A stretch of DNA of 64,000 nucleotides from Piromyces finnis finn (taxonomy: Eukaryota > Fungi > Neocallimastigomycota). The translations under genes were made by a program, and so were the position numbers. The stretch lies in NCBI GenBank assembly GCA_002104945.1, contig MCFH01000001.1, positions 2,294,001-2,358,000 on the forward strand. The letters run 5' to 3'. How positions within the stretch are numbered: the first letter of the stretch is position 1; each line of letters begins with the position of its first letter. Of the stretch, positions 23,705-35,423 are shown piece after piece. Below the pieces are notes generated by a model. That model saw only the letters and a list, made by a program, of their open reading frames with translations. It was not told the DNA's origin and searched no databases.

Positions 23705-25726
23705 AATAGCAACAACAATAGCAACATCAACAACAACAACACCAATAGCAATAACAATAACAATTCTAATCAAAATACAGGAAATGCTTCTGGTTCATGC
23801 CCAGCTACCTTTACTTCTCTAGGTTATTCATGTTGTAAAAGTGAAAATTGTATGGTTTATTATCAAGATGAATCTGGTGATTGGGGTGTTGAAAATGGTG
23901 AATGGTGTGGATGTGTTAAAGGATCATCCAGTAACTCTTCTACATGTTCAAAGAGTATTACTTCTCAAGGTTATTCATGCTGTTCTAGTGATTGTGTTAC
24001 TATATATAGTGATGTATCTGGTAATTGGGGTGTTGAAAATGGTGATTGGTGTGGTTGTATTAATAAGCCAAACACTAAATGCTCATCTAAAATTCTTGCT
24101 TTAGGTTACAGTTGTTGTGCTGATCCAAATTGTGAAGTTTATTTCCAAGATGAATCTGGTGATTGGGGTTATGAAAGTGACTGGTGCGGTTGTGGAGAAG
24201 ATAAGTCAGAATCAAAAACAACCACCACTAAAAAAGCTACTACAACTAATAAAGCTACTACAACTACTAAAGCATCACAACCAACTTCAAACACTAACTT
24301 CTGTAGCGCTTCTGGTCACTCTGGTGACAGCATAAAGGTTACCAGCAACAAGGTTGGTTCTATTAATGGTGTTGGTTATGAATTATGGGCTGACAGTGGT
24401 AACAACAGTGCTACTTTCTATGCTGATGGTTCATTATCTTGCTCATTCCAAAATGCTAAGGATTACTTATGTCGTTCCGGTCTTTCCTTCGACAGTACTA
24501 AGACTCATGACCAAATTGGTCACATGTACGCTGACTTCAAGCTTGTTAAGCAAAACATTAGAAATGTTGATTACTCTTACGTTGGTATTTACGGTTGGAC
24601 CAGAAACCCACTTGTTGAATTCTACGTTGTTGATAACTGGCTCAGTCAATACCGTCCAGGTGATTGGGTTGGTAACAAGAAGCATGGTGATTTCACTATT
24701 GATGGTGCTAAGTACACTGTTTACGAAAACACTCGTTACGGTCCATCTATTGATGGTGATACTCAATTCAAGCAATACTTCAGTATTCGTAAGGAAGCTC
24801 GTGACTGTGGTACTATTGATATTACAGCTCACTTCCAACAATGGGAAAAGCTTGGTATGAAGCTTGGTAAGATGCATGAAGCTAAGGTTTTAGGAGAAGC
24901 TGGTAGTAATGGATCAGGTACTACTGGTACAGCTGATTTCCCATACGCTAAGGTTTACATTGGTCAAGGTAACAGTAATGCTAGTGCTGGTAACACCAAC
25001 ACTAATACCAACACTAACACCAACACTAACGTTAGCACTGGTAACAACAACCAAAGTGCTACTACTTACCCAAAGGGTACTGGATTCCAATTCTACACTC
25101 AATGTAAGAACAGAAACCACTGGGCTTTAACTTATGATGATGGACCAACTCAATATGCTGACAGTATCTTAGATCTCTTAAAGAAATACGATATTAAGGC
25201 TACTTTCTTCCTTGTTGGTAACATGTATATTCCATCTTCAAGCTCTGAATGGACTAGAATTGTTAAGAGAATGTACAATGAAGGTCACGTTGTTGCTTCT
25301 CACACTTACAGTCACAACGATTTAACCAGTATGTCTTCTCAACAAATTACTGCTGATATGCAAAAACTTGAAGATGCAGTTTACAAGGCAGTTGGAGTTA
25401 AGCCAGCCTTCATGAGACCACCATATGGTTCTGGTAATGGTAACCAAAATGTTATGAATACTCTTAAGAACTTTGGTATTAATGCTGCTTGTAACTGGCA
25501 TGTTGATCCAATGGACTGGGATAACGGAGGTAACATTAACTATGCTAAGCAAGTTCTTGGTAAGCTTAATGGTGAAGGAGTTATTACCTTAAACCACTTA
25601 CAATACAATGGAGCTACTGCTCAAGGTATTCTTGATTTATCTAAGGCTGAAATTGAATTAATGTTATCTAAGGGTTACAAGCCAGTTACTATGGAAGAAT
25701 GTCTTGGTATGAGTGCTTACAAATAA
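22775..25726 (+). CDS. Secreted xylanase/deacetylase: signal - GH11 - Asn linker - 3x dockerin - Thr/Lys linker - GH11 - CE4 (subtype A), 983 aa
   Basis: Same motif set as the paralogs. The second GH11-CE4 half is nearly identical to 520-1920. Intronless. Confidence 0.95.
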
Positions 25727-26217
25727 ATAGATGTTTTTTATTATTGATAAAATTAATTTATAAACATGTTAATAAATTTTATGTAATCATTTTAGATAGT
25801 ATTAAAAAATTATACATAAATATTTTTAGAATAAATAAGTAAATAGAAATTTTTTTATAAATTCAAATTTTTTTATTTTTATATTATTATATTAATAAAA
25901 TAATAAATAATTAAAAAATTAAATGTTTTATGTTTATGTTATGTTGGTGTGTTTTTTAAAATCTGTAGTTTTAATAATTATAACAATATGTATAAATACT
26001 ATGAAGAATATTCAATAATATTGGTAATATATATAAATTATAGTAAAAACAATTAAATTATATAAATATAGTTTATTTATAATACCTATTATAATACATT
26101 TATTTTAATATGATTAGAAAAAAAAGAAAAAATAAAGAAATGAAAAATAAGTACATTAAATATATAATATTAATAAATTTAAAAACAACAACAAATTTTC
26201 ATTAAATATTATAAATT

Positions 26218-27393
26218 ACGTTCCTTCTTAACAAAGACATTTGAATGAACAGCTTAACAGTTCATCGGGGTCTTATGTTCCATATGTAGAGGGTCTCGCG
26301 GCTTTTCTTACTAAAACAATACCTATCATTAGTAGCTCTATGAAGCTACTTTTTGATAGGTTTAGTAAGACACCTAACATAATCAAGAGTGCCGACGTCG
26401 TACCGATATGGCAAAGGAACATTTCCAATGTTCCGTACACAGGGTTCAATGTTAGTATTTCCTCAAATTCGAATGAAAAAATTATGAACTCATGGGAGAG
26501 TTTAGTGGACACCACACTATCATACCTGATGTTACTTCTATTTTTTTATTTCATTTAATTTATTAGATAGGGACCAATCCCACACAGTACAAATTGCAGA
26601 GTTCATTGAACTTTTATGCAACTTAAATAATTATTTTATATTTTTTTATATTTATATTTTTATTTATATATATTTTATTATTTTTATTTATTATTTATTA
26701 TATCAATATCAATATGTATTATCACCTAATATTATGTTATATCACTAATTAAATAAGTAAATAAATAAAAGATGTGTATTCTCTTCCTAGTCTAAAAAAA
26801 AAAAAAAAAAAAGTTCCTTCTTGGTGGAACTTTAGTTTATGATGAACTACAAATCGATAAGGCGGAACAAAGATATTTGAATGAACAGCTTTACAATTCA
26901 TCTGGGTCTCACGGTTTTTCTCACTAAAACAATCCCTATCATCAGTAGCTCAATGAAGCTCCTTTTTGATAGACTTAGTAAGACACTTAACGTAATCAAG
27001 AGCGCCGACGTCGTACCGATATGGCAAAGGAACATTCTTAATGTTTCGTACACAGGGTTCAATGTTAATATTTCTTTGAATGAAAACATTATGAATTCAT
27101 GGGAGAGTTTAGTGGACACCACACTATCATAGCTGATGTTACTTCTCTCTTTGTTTCATTTAATTTATTAGGTAAGGATCAACCCCACACAGTGCAAATT
27201 TCAGAGTTCATTGAACTTTTATGCAACTTTAATAATTATTTTACCTTATTTTATATTTATATTTTTATAATATACATTTAATTATTTTTATTTATTATTT
27301 ATTATATCAACATATATTATCACCTAATATAATGTAATATCTCAAATTAAATGAATAAATACAATAAGTGTATTCTCTTCCTAGTTTAAAAAA
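26218..27393 (+). mobile_element. Head-to-tail dimer of the family 2 retroposon (26218-26812 and 26813-27393) with a shared 14-bp TSD
   Basis: Both units begin (AC)GTTCCTTCTT and end CTCTTCCTAGT(C/T)T(A)n. AAATATTATAAATT occurs at 26204-26217 and 27394-27407. Confidence 0.82.
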
Positions 27394-27623
27394 AAATATT
27401 ATAAATTTTTAAATTATAATATTTTAATAATAGTTTTATAATGGTTGAACTTTAATTTATTATAATTATTATTATTTTTAATTTTGAAACTTTTTTATTT
27501 GTTAAAAATAAATATACAAAAGTTTACATAAAAAAAAAAGAAAAAAAAAAATCAATTATTTAATATAAATAAGAAATTATATATATTTAGTGAAGAAAAA
27601 ATTACATTCTTCTCTTAAAGTTA

Positions 27624-30600
27624 TTAATCAATTAATTGCATAATATGACGATAGCAATACATTAATTTTTCTTCATTTTCATCATATCTATGCCTTTCAT
27701 AATAATTATATAAGAATTGATTCAAATCTGCTCCACATTCAATTAAGTATTTGAAAAGATCAAAATTATTGTCCTCTAAATTTTCCATTGCAGCTGTTAA
27801 AGGTGATTCATTATACTCATTTGTTTCATTTAAATTTCCACCATGATGAATAATATATTTTATTATATTTATATTAGAGCCTTTAACCGCGATAATTAAT
27901 GGCGTGTAGGAATTACCTTTTTTATTTATGTTTGCATTATTATCAATTAAATATTTTGCTATACTAATTTCTCTATTATATACAGCGAGAGTTAATGGTG
28001 TAAAATCCCAATAACCTATAGGATTTATATCAGCTCCACATTCAATTAAATATTTTACAATATTAATATCACCACATCTAATTGCATAATTTAAAGATGT
28101 CTTACTATATCTTGTATGAAGATGAATATCAGCACCATGATGAATTAAATATTTTATAATTTCGAAATTTCTTTTTTTAATAGCATAGAATAAAGGAGTA
28201 TAAACATTTTTATCAATTTCATTAATATTTGCACCATTTTTAACTAAATATTTTATAATGTCAATGTCTTCCTTCTTTATGGCATAAATTAAAGGAGTAT
28301 AGCCATATTCATTAATAACATTTATATCAATTTCTTTTTCAATGAGATATTTCACTATTTCTAAACTTCCAATTTTTATAGCATGACTTAATGGAGTATA
28401 ACCATATCTATCCATTAAATTTAAATAAGCTCCACATTCAATAATATATTTCGTAATTTCTAAATTTCCAGTTTTTACTGCATAAAATAGTGGTGTACAT
28501 CCATCCAGGTTTCTTCTATTTATGTCAACTCCTGAATCAATTAAATTTTTAATTTTTTCTATGTCTTCTCTTTTGATCGCATTAATTAACGATAATACTG
28601 ATAAATGATTTTTATTTTCATATTTATTAGTATCTTTTAAAATTAATGGATTACTTTCAAACAAACTAAAAATGTTTTCACTTACATTAAATTCTGACAT
28701 ATTAATACTTTTATTATTTGTACTATCATTGGCTCCATTTTCAATCAAACATTTAATGATATCAGTGTTATTATACTTATATGCTACTACAAGTGGTTTA
28801 TTACCTAATAAATCTTCTTTATTTAGATTTGTACCACCTTTAATTAAACATTTAACTACATTTATATTTCCGCCTTTAATAGCGTAAATTAAGGGTGTTT
28901 CACCTGAGGCATCCTTTTTTTCGACATCTATTCCAGATTTAATTAACAACTTTATGATATTGATGTTTGCATCTTTAATTGAATAAATTAATGGAGTAAT
29001 GCCATACTTATCACTCTCATTAGTATTTACACCATAATCAATTAAAATTTTAATAATATCTATATTTTTGTTCTTAATTGCAGTAATCAATGGTAAGTTA
29101 CTTGAGTTATCCATTTCATTAACATTTGCTCCATGATTCAATAATTGCTTTACTATTGTCGCATTTCCAACAACTATAGCTTTAATAATAGGTGTATGAC
29201 CATAATAATCTCTTTCATTTGTATTTGCTCCGTTATCAATCAAGAATTCTACTAATTCTTCATGATTTCTTTCAATAGTATAAATTAAAGGAGTTGTACC
29301 ATGATTACTACACTTATTAACATTAGCACCAGAATCAATTAAATATTGAATAATATCTAAATTTCCTAGTGTAATTGCAAAAAGTAAAATTTTATTGTTA
29401 GTTGTATCAAATTTTGCTCCATTTTCTATTAAGTATTTTAATATGCTTAAATTCTCTTTCTCTATTGCATAACTTATAGGTGTTCTACCAAAATCATTTT
29501 CCCGATTTGGATTGGCACCATTTTCAATTAAAAATTTTATCATTTCTATATTTTCACATTTAATTGAATATATTAATGATGTATCACCATTATCGTATAT
29601 TTCATTTATATTAATTCCATAATCAATTAATTCTTTTATTGTGTTTATATTCTCATTTTGGACAGATTTATATAATATTTCGTATTGTTCTTTTTCAGTA
29701 TATTCACAAACCGGTTTGCTATTCCACATCAATTCTATTAAGGTGTCTTTATTATCATTATTAATTTCTATATAGTCAATATCTTTATTTTCTAAATAAT
29801 TTTGAGAATTATTATATAATTTTGAATCAATATAAAACTTAATGGCATAACTACTATTATCTTTAAATTTACAAATTTTAATTCCTTTATTATACAGATA
29901 TTTTAGGATATTAATATTTTGGTATTTGAATATTAATGTTTCACTATTATTTTTTATTTTATTTCTACTTGAGGCACCAATTTCAATTAAAAATTTTATC
30001 ATATTTATATTTTCATTTTTTATTGCAATCATTAATGGTACACATTTCTTTTTATCAATTAAATAACATTTATTAATATCTGCACCACAATTGATTAAAT
30101 ATTGAACTATTTTTTTATTTTCTGATTCAATAGCATAAATTAAATCATTTTCATTTTCTCTATTAACTTTCAAATATTTTGGAATTAGCATTTTTAATAG
30201 ATTAAATTTATTTTTGTATATTATTTCTTTAATAACATCATTAGTAAAATAGTTAATGTTATATTTTGCAAGATATTCAACAAATAAGATATCCCCATAT
30301 TCTATTGCATATCTTAATATTAATTCTGAATTTGTAATAGTATCATGATCAACTAGTAATTTGAAGCTTGGTAATAAATTTTCATCAATAGCATTTTTAA
30401 ATAGTTTATCTGTATTTGTGATTACATTTTTATTCATTAATAATTTAATTAATAAAATTGAATTATCATCTATATCATTAGTTATGATCAGATCTTTTAA
30501 TTTGTTGTTAAAAATAGCACCATTATCCAATAATAATTGTATAATAGATAATGAATTCAACTCATATGCATATTCAATGGCAGATTTTTTATATTTATCA

Positions 30601-33600
30601 ACTATATTTATATCAATATCTTTTTGCAAAATGTATTTCATATAATTCATTTTTTCATCAAGGGTATAATTATTAATTTTTAATAATGTTATAAGTAATG
30701 TTTCTCCATTCTCATTTAATTTATTTAATGATAGTGTTTGACTTTCTAGAATGTACCTGAAACTATTAATATTTTTTAATTTAAAACAAATATCAATTGC
30801 TGACTGACCGTGCATAGTTTTATTTTTTTTTAAATTAACATCTGCTCCATTTTCAATTAAATATTTAATCATACTTAAATCTTCTTTTAGAATTGCATAA
30901 TGCAACAAACTATAACCATTTATGTCTAATTCATTAATGTCAAAATCATCTTTTATAATTTCAAAAATTTCCTTATAATTTAATAAATATGCCAAGGTTA
31001 AAGATGTAAATTCACTAGTATTTTTGGTTTTGTTTATATTACTTATATTGGAAATTAATGATTTAATTAGGTTAATATCATTATTTATGATCGTCTTGTC
31101 AAATAAAGATAAACAATTTAAATTAATATTAGATTTTATAGAAATATTATGCTTAAATAAATACTTAATAATTGAATAATTTTTATTTTTAATAGCCGCC
31201 AATAATAATGAATTTCCGTTTATATCTTTTACATTGCAATTAGCACCACAATTTATCAAAAATTTAAAAATTTCAATATTATTTTCATAAGCTTTTGTAA
31301 TAATACTTGAAGTAATAATTAAATAATCACCATTTTCATCTTTTTCGTTAATATCAATATTCATATTTAATTCTTTATTTTCTATAAAAAACTTAATTAA
31401 AGAGAAATTCTCCAACTTAATTAATACGTTTAAAATTAAAGAAAATTCTCTTTTATTAATGTTATTAATAATGAAAAAATCAATATCATTGAATTCCTTT
31501 AATGAATCTAAAGATGATACCTTTAAAATCTTCTCAATTGCAAACTTCATAATATTTTTATTATCAATTTTACTTGAATATAACAATATATTCTTTAAAT
31601 ATATTAAAGTTTGTTTACTATCGTTCTTAAATTCTTGGAGTATCCATTTAATTATATAAATATTATCAAAACGATTTGCTAAACGAATGATTTTATTATA
31701 ATTAATTGTTTTATAATCAAACTTATTAAGACAAAATCTATCATGATTAATAAAAAGCTTCATTATCATTTTAATATACACTATATTTTTCATTTTACTA
31801 ATTGCAAATAACATATCTTCAAAATTTTTGTTATTAAATTCTAGTGTTTTATTTTTCAATATATTTTTAATGAAACTTATGAATATGTATGTATTTTCAA
31901 GTCGACTTGCAATTAATAAAACTTCCCCTATATTTACATTGTTGTTAAAATTTAGCATATTGTGATTAAATAAATGATAAATAACATATTCACTAAATTC
32001 AAAATCTTTAATATTATTTAAGGATATTAAAACTTCTTCAATTTTACTACAATTTATCTTAAATTGATTATGATTAAATATTTTATTAATAAAATATTCT
32101 AAAATAGAAACAGTTAAATTTAACTGAAAAATTTTCTTTATACTAATATAATTACAGTCAAATGTTTTATTATCCATGGACTTTGAAATAAATAGCTTTA
32201 ATAATTTAATTTTTTCAGAATCCTCAAATTTACCAGAATTTATAATGGATATTATATTTTCAAAATTAACATCATCAAATTTAAAGGTTTTGTGGTTTAA
32301 TGAAGATATAATTATGTATTTCATTAATTTAACATTGCAATACATCTCACTAATAATTAAAATTAAATTTTGAAAATTAACATTTCGAAAACTGAAAGTT
32401 CTATGATTTAAAGATTGTTTTATAAATATTTTTAAATAACTAATGCTTCCTATTTTTCTTAGATTATAAATAATATCCTCGAAACAAAGTATGGAATAGT
32501 CAAATGATTTGTTTTGTAATAGCTTAGTAGTAAAGAAATTCATAATATTTAGTTTCGATTTTAACTTTTCGTATGAAAAAAATTTCTTTGACAAAAATAA
32601 ACCAACATCCATATCTTTAACGTTGAATTGGTTTGAACTTAACACTTTATTAATAAATTCATAATTATTATTTTCAATAGCTTCGTTCAATAATTCACAT
32701 AGTTTGTAATTTTTTAATGACAATATATATTCAATTCCATCATAATCATAAAGCATTTTTAGAACTTTTAAATTATTGTAATATAATGCTTTGTCATAAA
32801 AATTATATCTAAATACATTTTTAGTTTTTTCATTTATTATAAAACTTTTTAGTTGATCCTTTGATAATGCAATTTTATTTCTAGAAATAATTAGTATACT
32901 TAAAATGAATGAGCTTTTATAAAAATAAGTATCAAAAATTATTTTTAAAAAATAATAACTATTATCACTTATTAATAAACTTAATAATTTTGAAGTTATT
33001 TTATATCCATTATTTATCATAAATCTAAAGTTTTCGTTATTAAGATAGTTTTTTTTATATAAGATAGAAGCTATATCTATTTCTTGAATTTCGTAATTAA
33101 TATTTGCTCCATTTTGTAATAACACTTTTATTATAGAAAATCTAGATAATAAAAAGGCACAAAGAAGTGGGGTCTTGTATTTATTTACAATGTCATCAAA
33201 AACTGTATAATTCAATGATTTATAATAAAGAATAATATAATTTATCATTTCAATTGATGAATTATTTTCAATTGCATATATTAATAAATCAAAATTTTCA
33301 TCATTAAAATATGATAAGGATATATTGTTATTATTAATATAATTTTTTAATTCAACAACTCTGTTTCCTCTAATATATTCTAATATTATTCTTCTTTCTT
33401 TTTCACTAATCCTTAAATTGTGCAAAAAATACTCATCATGAATATCTAACTCTCCATTTTCAACTTTATCTATGAAATCAAATTTCACACCAGTAAAATA
33501 TTCTCTTTCCTCTTTATCCAATATTTGAAAAATTTCAGATAAAGTAATTTCTTTATCTCTTGTATCATTATTATATAAATAATTTAGTTGTTCGAAATCA

Positions 33601-34241
33601 TTACTATAAATTGCTTTTTTATAAGCGCCTTTATTTATAGAGATTTCATTTCTTTTTTCATTATTTATATTTTGTAATTCAGTTAATTTACCTTTTATAA
33701 ATAATTCCAAAACATTGTCTTTTTGTTTCTGATTTAAACTAACTAAATCTTTATCATAATTTATTTTCAATTCATTATTTTTTAACTTTTCATAATTATC
33801 TCTAGTTTTTTGACAAGAGGTTGATATAATTTTACATATTTCATTTTGTATTACTTTTTTATTTCTTGAGTCATTATTATATAATATATTAATAATATCA
33901 AAATTATTGCAATCAATTGCTACTTCGTATACAGTTTTATCAAAAACTACCTTTTCTGTTTCATCAATTAATATTTGACATAATTTTTGTTTTGACAAAA
34001 CTTTTTTGCTTTTATAAAGGGAAATTAATTTTAGTATAAAAATATTATCAAATAAATAATATTTTAATATTTCTTTCAGTAATTTTATATTTTTATCTTT
34101 TATTAAATGATTTATTACCAATGGTGTTATTATGATTTTATTTTTCTGATATTGTTTTTTCAATTTTGTTATATTTTCATTTTTAATTATATAGATTATT
34201 TCATTTATTTCTTTAATTATTTCTTCTAAATTATAATACAT
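27624..34241 (-). CDS. Large intronless ankyrin-repeat protein, 2205 aa
   Basis: Many GxTPLxYAIKxxNxxIIKYLIExGAxxN repeats in the C-terminal third and scattered ankyrin repeats elsewhere. It has a repeated N-terminal FILxLI..K..LSKxxL module and a central ~36-38-aa repeat. Confidence 0.9.
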   Translation of the reverse strand: MYYNLEEIIKEINEIIYIIKNENITKLKKQYQKNKIIITPLVINHLIKDKNIKLLKEILKYYLFDNIFILKLISLYKSKKVLSKQKLCQILIDETEKVVFDKTVYEVAIDCNNFDIINILYNNDSRNKKVIQNEICKIISTSCQKTRDNYEKLKNNELKINYDKDLVSLNQKQKDNVLELFIKGKLTELQNINNEKRNEISINKGAYKKAIYSNDFEQLNYLYNNDTRDKEITLSEIFQILDKEEREYFTGVKFDFIDKVENGELDIHDEYFLHNLRISEKERRIILEYIRGNRVVELKNYINNNNISLSYFNDENFDLLIYAIENNSSIEMINYIILYYKSLNYTVFDDIVNKYKTPLLCAFLLSRFSIIKVLLQNGANINYEIQEIDIASILYKKNYLNNENFRFMINNGYKITSKLLSLLISDNSYYFLKIIFDTYFYKSSFILSILIISRNKIALSKDQLKSFIINEKTKNVFRYNFYDKALYYNNLKVLKMLYDYDGIEYILSLKNYKLCELLNEAIENNNYEFINKVLSSNQFNVKDMDVGLFLSKKFFSYEKLKSKLNIMNFFTTKLLQNKSFDYSILCFEDIIYNLRKIGSISYLKIFIKQSLNHRTFSFRNVNFQNLILIISEMYCNVKLMKYIIISSLNHKTFKFDDVNFENIISIINSGKFEDSEKIKLLKLFISKSMDNKTFDCNYISIKKIFQLNLTVSILEYFINKIFNHNQFKINCSKIEEVLISLNNIKDFEFSEYVIYHLFNHNMLNFNNNVNIGEVLLIASRLENTYIFISFIKNILKNKTLEFNNKNFEDMLFAISKMKNIVYIKMIMKLFINHDRFCLNKFDYKTINYNKIIRLANRFDNIYIIKWILQEFKNDSKQTLIYLKNILLYSSKIDNKNIMKFAIEKILKVSSLDSLKEFNDIDFFIINNINKREFSLILNVLIKLENFSLIKFFIENKELNMNIDINEKDENGDYLIITSSIITKAYENNIEIFKFLINCGANCNVKDINGNSLLLAAIKNKNYSIIKYLFKHNISIKSNINLNCLSLFDKTIINNDINLIKSLISNISNINKTKNTSEFTSLTLAYLLNYKEIFEIIKDDFDINELDINGYSLLHYAILKEDLSMIKYLIENGADVNLKKNKTMHGQSAIDICFKLKNINSFRYILESQTLSLNKLNENGETLLITLLKINNYTLDEKMNYMKYILQKDIDINIVDKYKKSAIEYAYELNSLSIIQLLLDNGAIFNNKLKDLIITNDIDDNSILLIKLLMNKNVITNTDKLFKNAIDENLLPSFKLLVDHDTITNSELILRYAIEYGDILFVEYLAKYNINYFTNDVIKEIIYKNKFNLLKMLIPKYLKVNRENENDLIYAIESENKKIVQYLINCGADINKCYLIDKKKCVPLMIAIKNENINMIKFLIEIGASSRNKIKNNSETLIFKYQNINILKYLYNKGIKICKFKDNSSYAIKFYIDSKLYNNSQNYLENKDIDYIEINNDNKDTLIELMWNSKPVCEYTEKEQYEILYKSVQNENINTIKELIDYGININEIYDNGDTSLIYSIKCENIEMIKFLIENGANPNRENDFGRTPISYAIEKENLSILKYLIENGAKFDTTNNKILLFAITLGNLDIIQYLIDSGANVNKCSNHGTTPLIYTIERNHEELVEFLIDNGANTNERDYYGHTPIIKAIVVGNATIVKQLLNHGANVNEMDNSSNLPLITAIKNKNIDIIKILIDYGVNTNESDKYGITPLIYSIKDANINIIKLLIKSGIDVEKKDASGETPLIYAIKGGNINVVKCLIKGGTNLNKEDLLGNKPLVVAYKYNNTDIIKCLIENGANDSTNNKSINMSEFNVSENIFSLFESNPLILKDTNKYENKNHLSVLSLINAIKREDIEKIKNLIDSGVDINRRNLDGCTPLFYAVKTGNLEITKYIIECGAYLNLMDRYGYTPLSHAIKIGSLEIVKYLIEKEIDINVINEYGYTPLIYAIKKEDIDIIKYLVKNGANINEIDKNVYTPLFYAIKKRNFEIIKYLIHHGADIHLHTRYSKTSLNYAIRCGDINIVKYLIECGADINPIGYWDFTPLTLAVYNREISIAKYLIDNNANINKKGNSYTPLIIAVKGSNINIIKYIIHHGGNLNETNEYNESPLTAAMENLEDNNFDLFKYLIECGADLNQFLYNYYERHRYDENEEKLMYCYRHIMQLID

Positions 34242-34885
34242 ATTGTCTATCCTTATATATAAAATACTTTTAAGAAAAATTAATTATAAAACATTTAAAT
34301 TAAAAAATCAATAAATTATAAATTATGTAATTTATTAATTTATTATTTTATTAGTAATAAAATTATGAAAATATATAATATAAAATGCATAAATATTTAA
34401 TAAATAATTATTTATATATAATTAGAATAGCTTAATTATATGAAATATTTATTTATTATTAAATTAATACTATCTTTATTATTATTGAGTGTATTAATAA
34501 TACTATTCTTTTTTTTTTTTTTAATTACCATTTTTATATAGTGGTATATATTGTCATTATAAAAAAAGTTTTCTCATTAGTAGTTAATATGATATTTAAG
34601 AAATAAAATATATATTTATTCATCATAAAAATTTTAATATTATATATTAAATTTTAAATTAATGTAAAAATTAATAGTGCTTTTTTAAAAGATTAATTTA
34701 TTAATATGTGTGTAACCAATTTTAAAAACTTTTAAATATTTTTATATTAAATAAAATTTTCTCTTATTTATGTTATAGTTAATAATTATTTTATTATTAT
34801 TATTATTATTATTTATATTTTTTAAAATATCTTTCATTTTTTATACCTTTTTTATATATTAATGAATATATTTTACTATTAAAGT

Positions 34886-35251
34886 ATAGAATAAAATTAT
34901 TGAAATATAATCAATAATTATATTATCTATATATGGATTAAAATATGTATATTTTAAAATCCTTGAAAGAGAATTACTAAATATAATTCTTTTCATTGTT
35001 AATTAAAAAGAAAAAAAAATTGGAATATCAATTCCTATTTTTTTTTAATTATTCTATAATTATTCTATTAGAATAGAATAAAATTATTGAAATATAATCA
35101 ATAATTATATAATCTATATATGGATTAAAATATGTATATTTTAAAATCCTTGGAAAAGAATTATTAAATGTAATTCTTTTCATTGTTAATTAAAAAAAAA
35201 TTGGAATATTAATTCCTATTTTTTTTTAGTTATTCTATAATTATTCTATTA
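34886..35251. repeat. ~187-bp intergenic tandem duplication
   Basis: ATAGAATAAAATTATTGAAATATAATCAATAATTAT...TATTCTATAATTATTCTATTA occurs at 34886 and again at 35073 with few differences. Confidence 0.85.
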
Positions 35252-35423
35252 TATATATCACAGATATGTTTGTGATAAATATTATTTTCTATTATATAAT
35301 ATTATATAATTATTATACTCTATATAATTATTATATATTTTGTCTAATATGTGATCTATATTGTTAGATAACATTATTAAATAATATCAAATAATAATAT
35401 AGATATTCTATTTGTTAACTTCT

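Noticed and set aside
26813-26870. HDV-like or hammerhead ribozyme at the family 2 5' end (GTTCC..GGAAC pairing, TGATGA..CGAT)
   Set aside because: Could not build the nested double pseudoknot or an intact CUGAUGA/GAAA core. The stretch also reads as LINE coding sequence (FLLGG) and is deleted in copy 26218.
28672-32373. Plus-strand ORFs inside the ankyrin gene
   Set aside because: Antisense shadows of the long minus-strand ORF.
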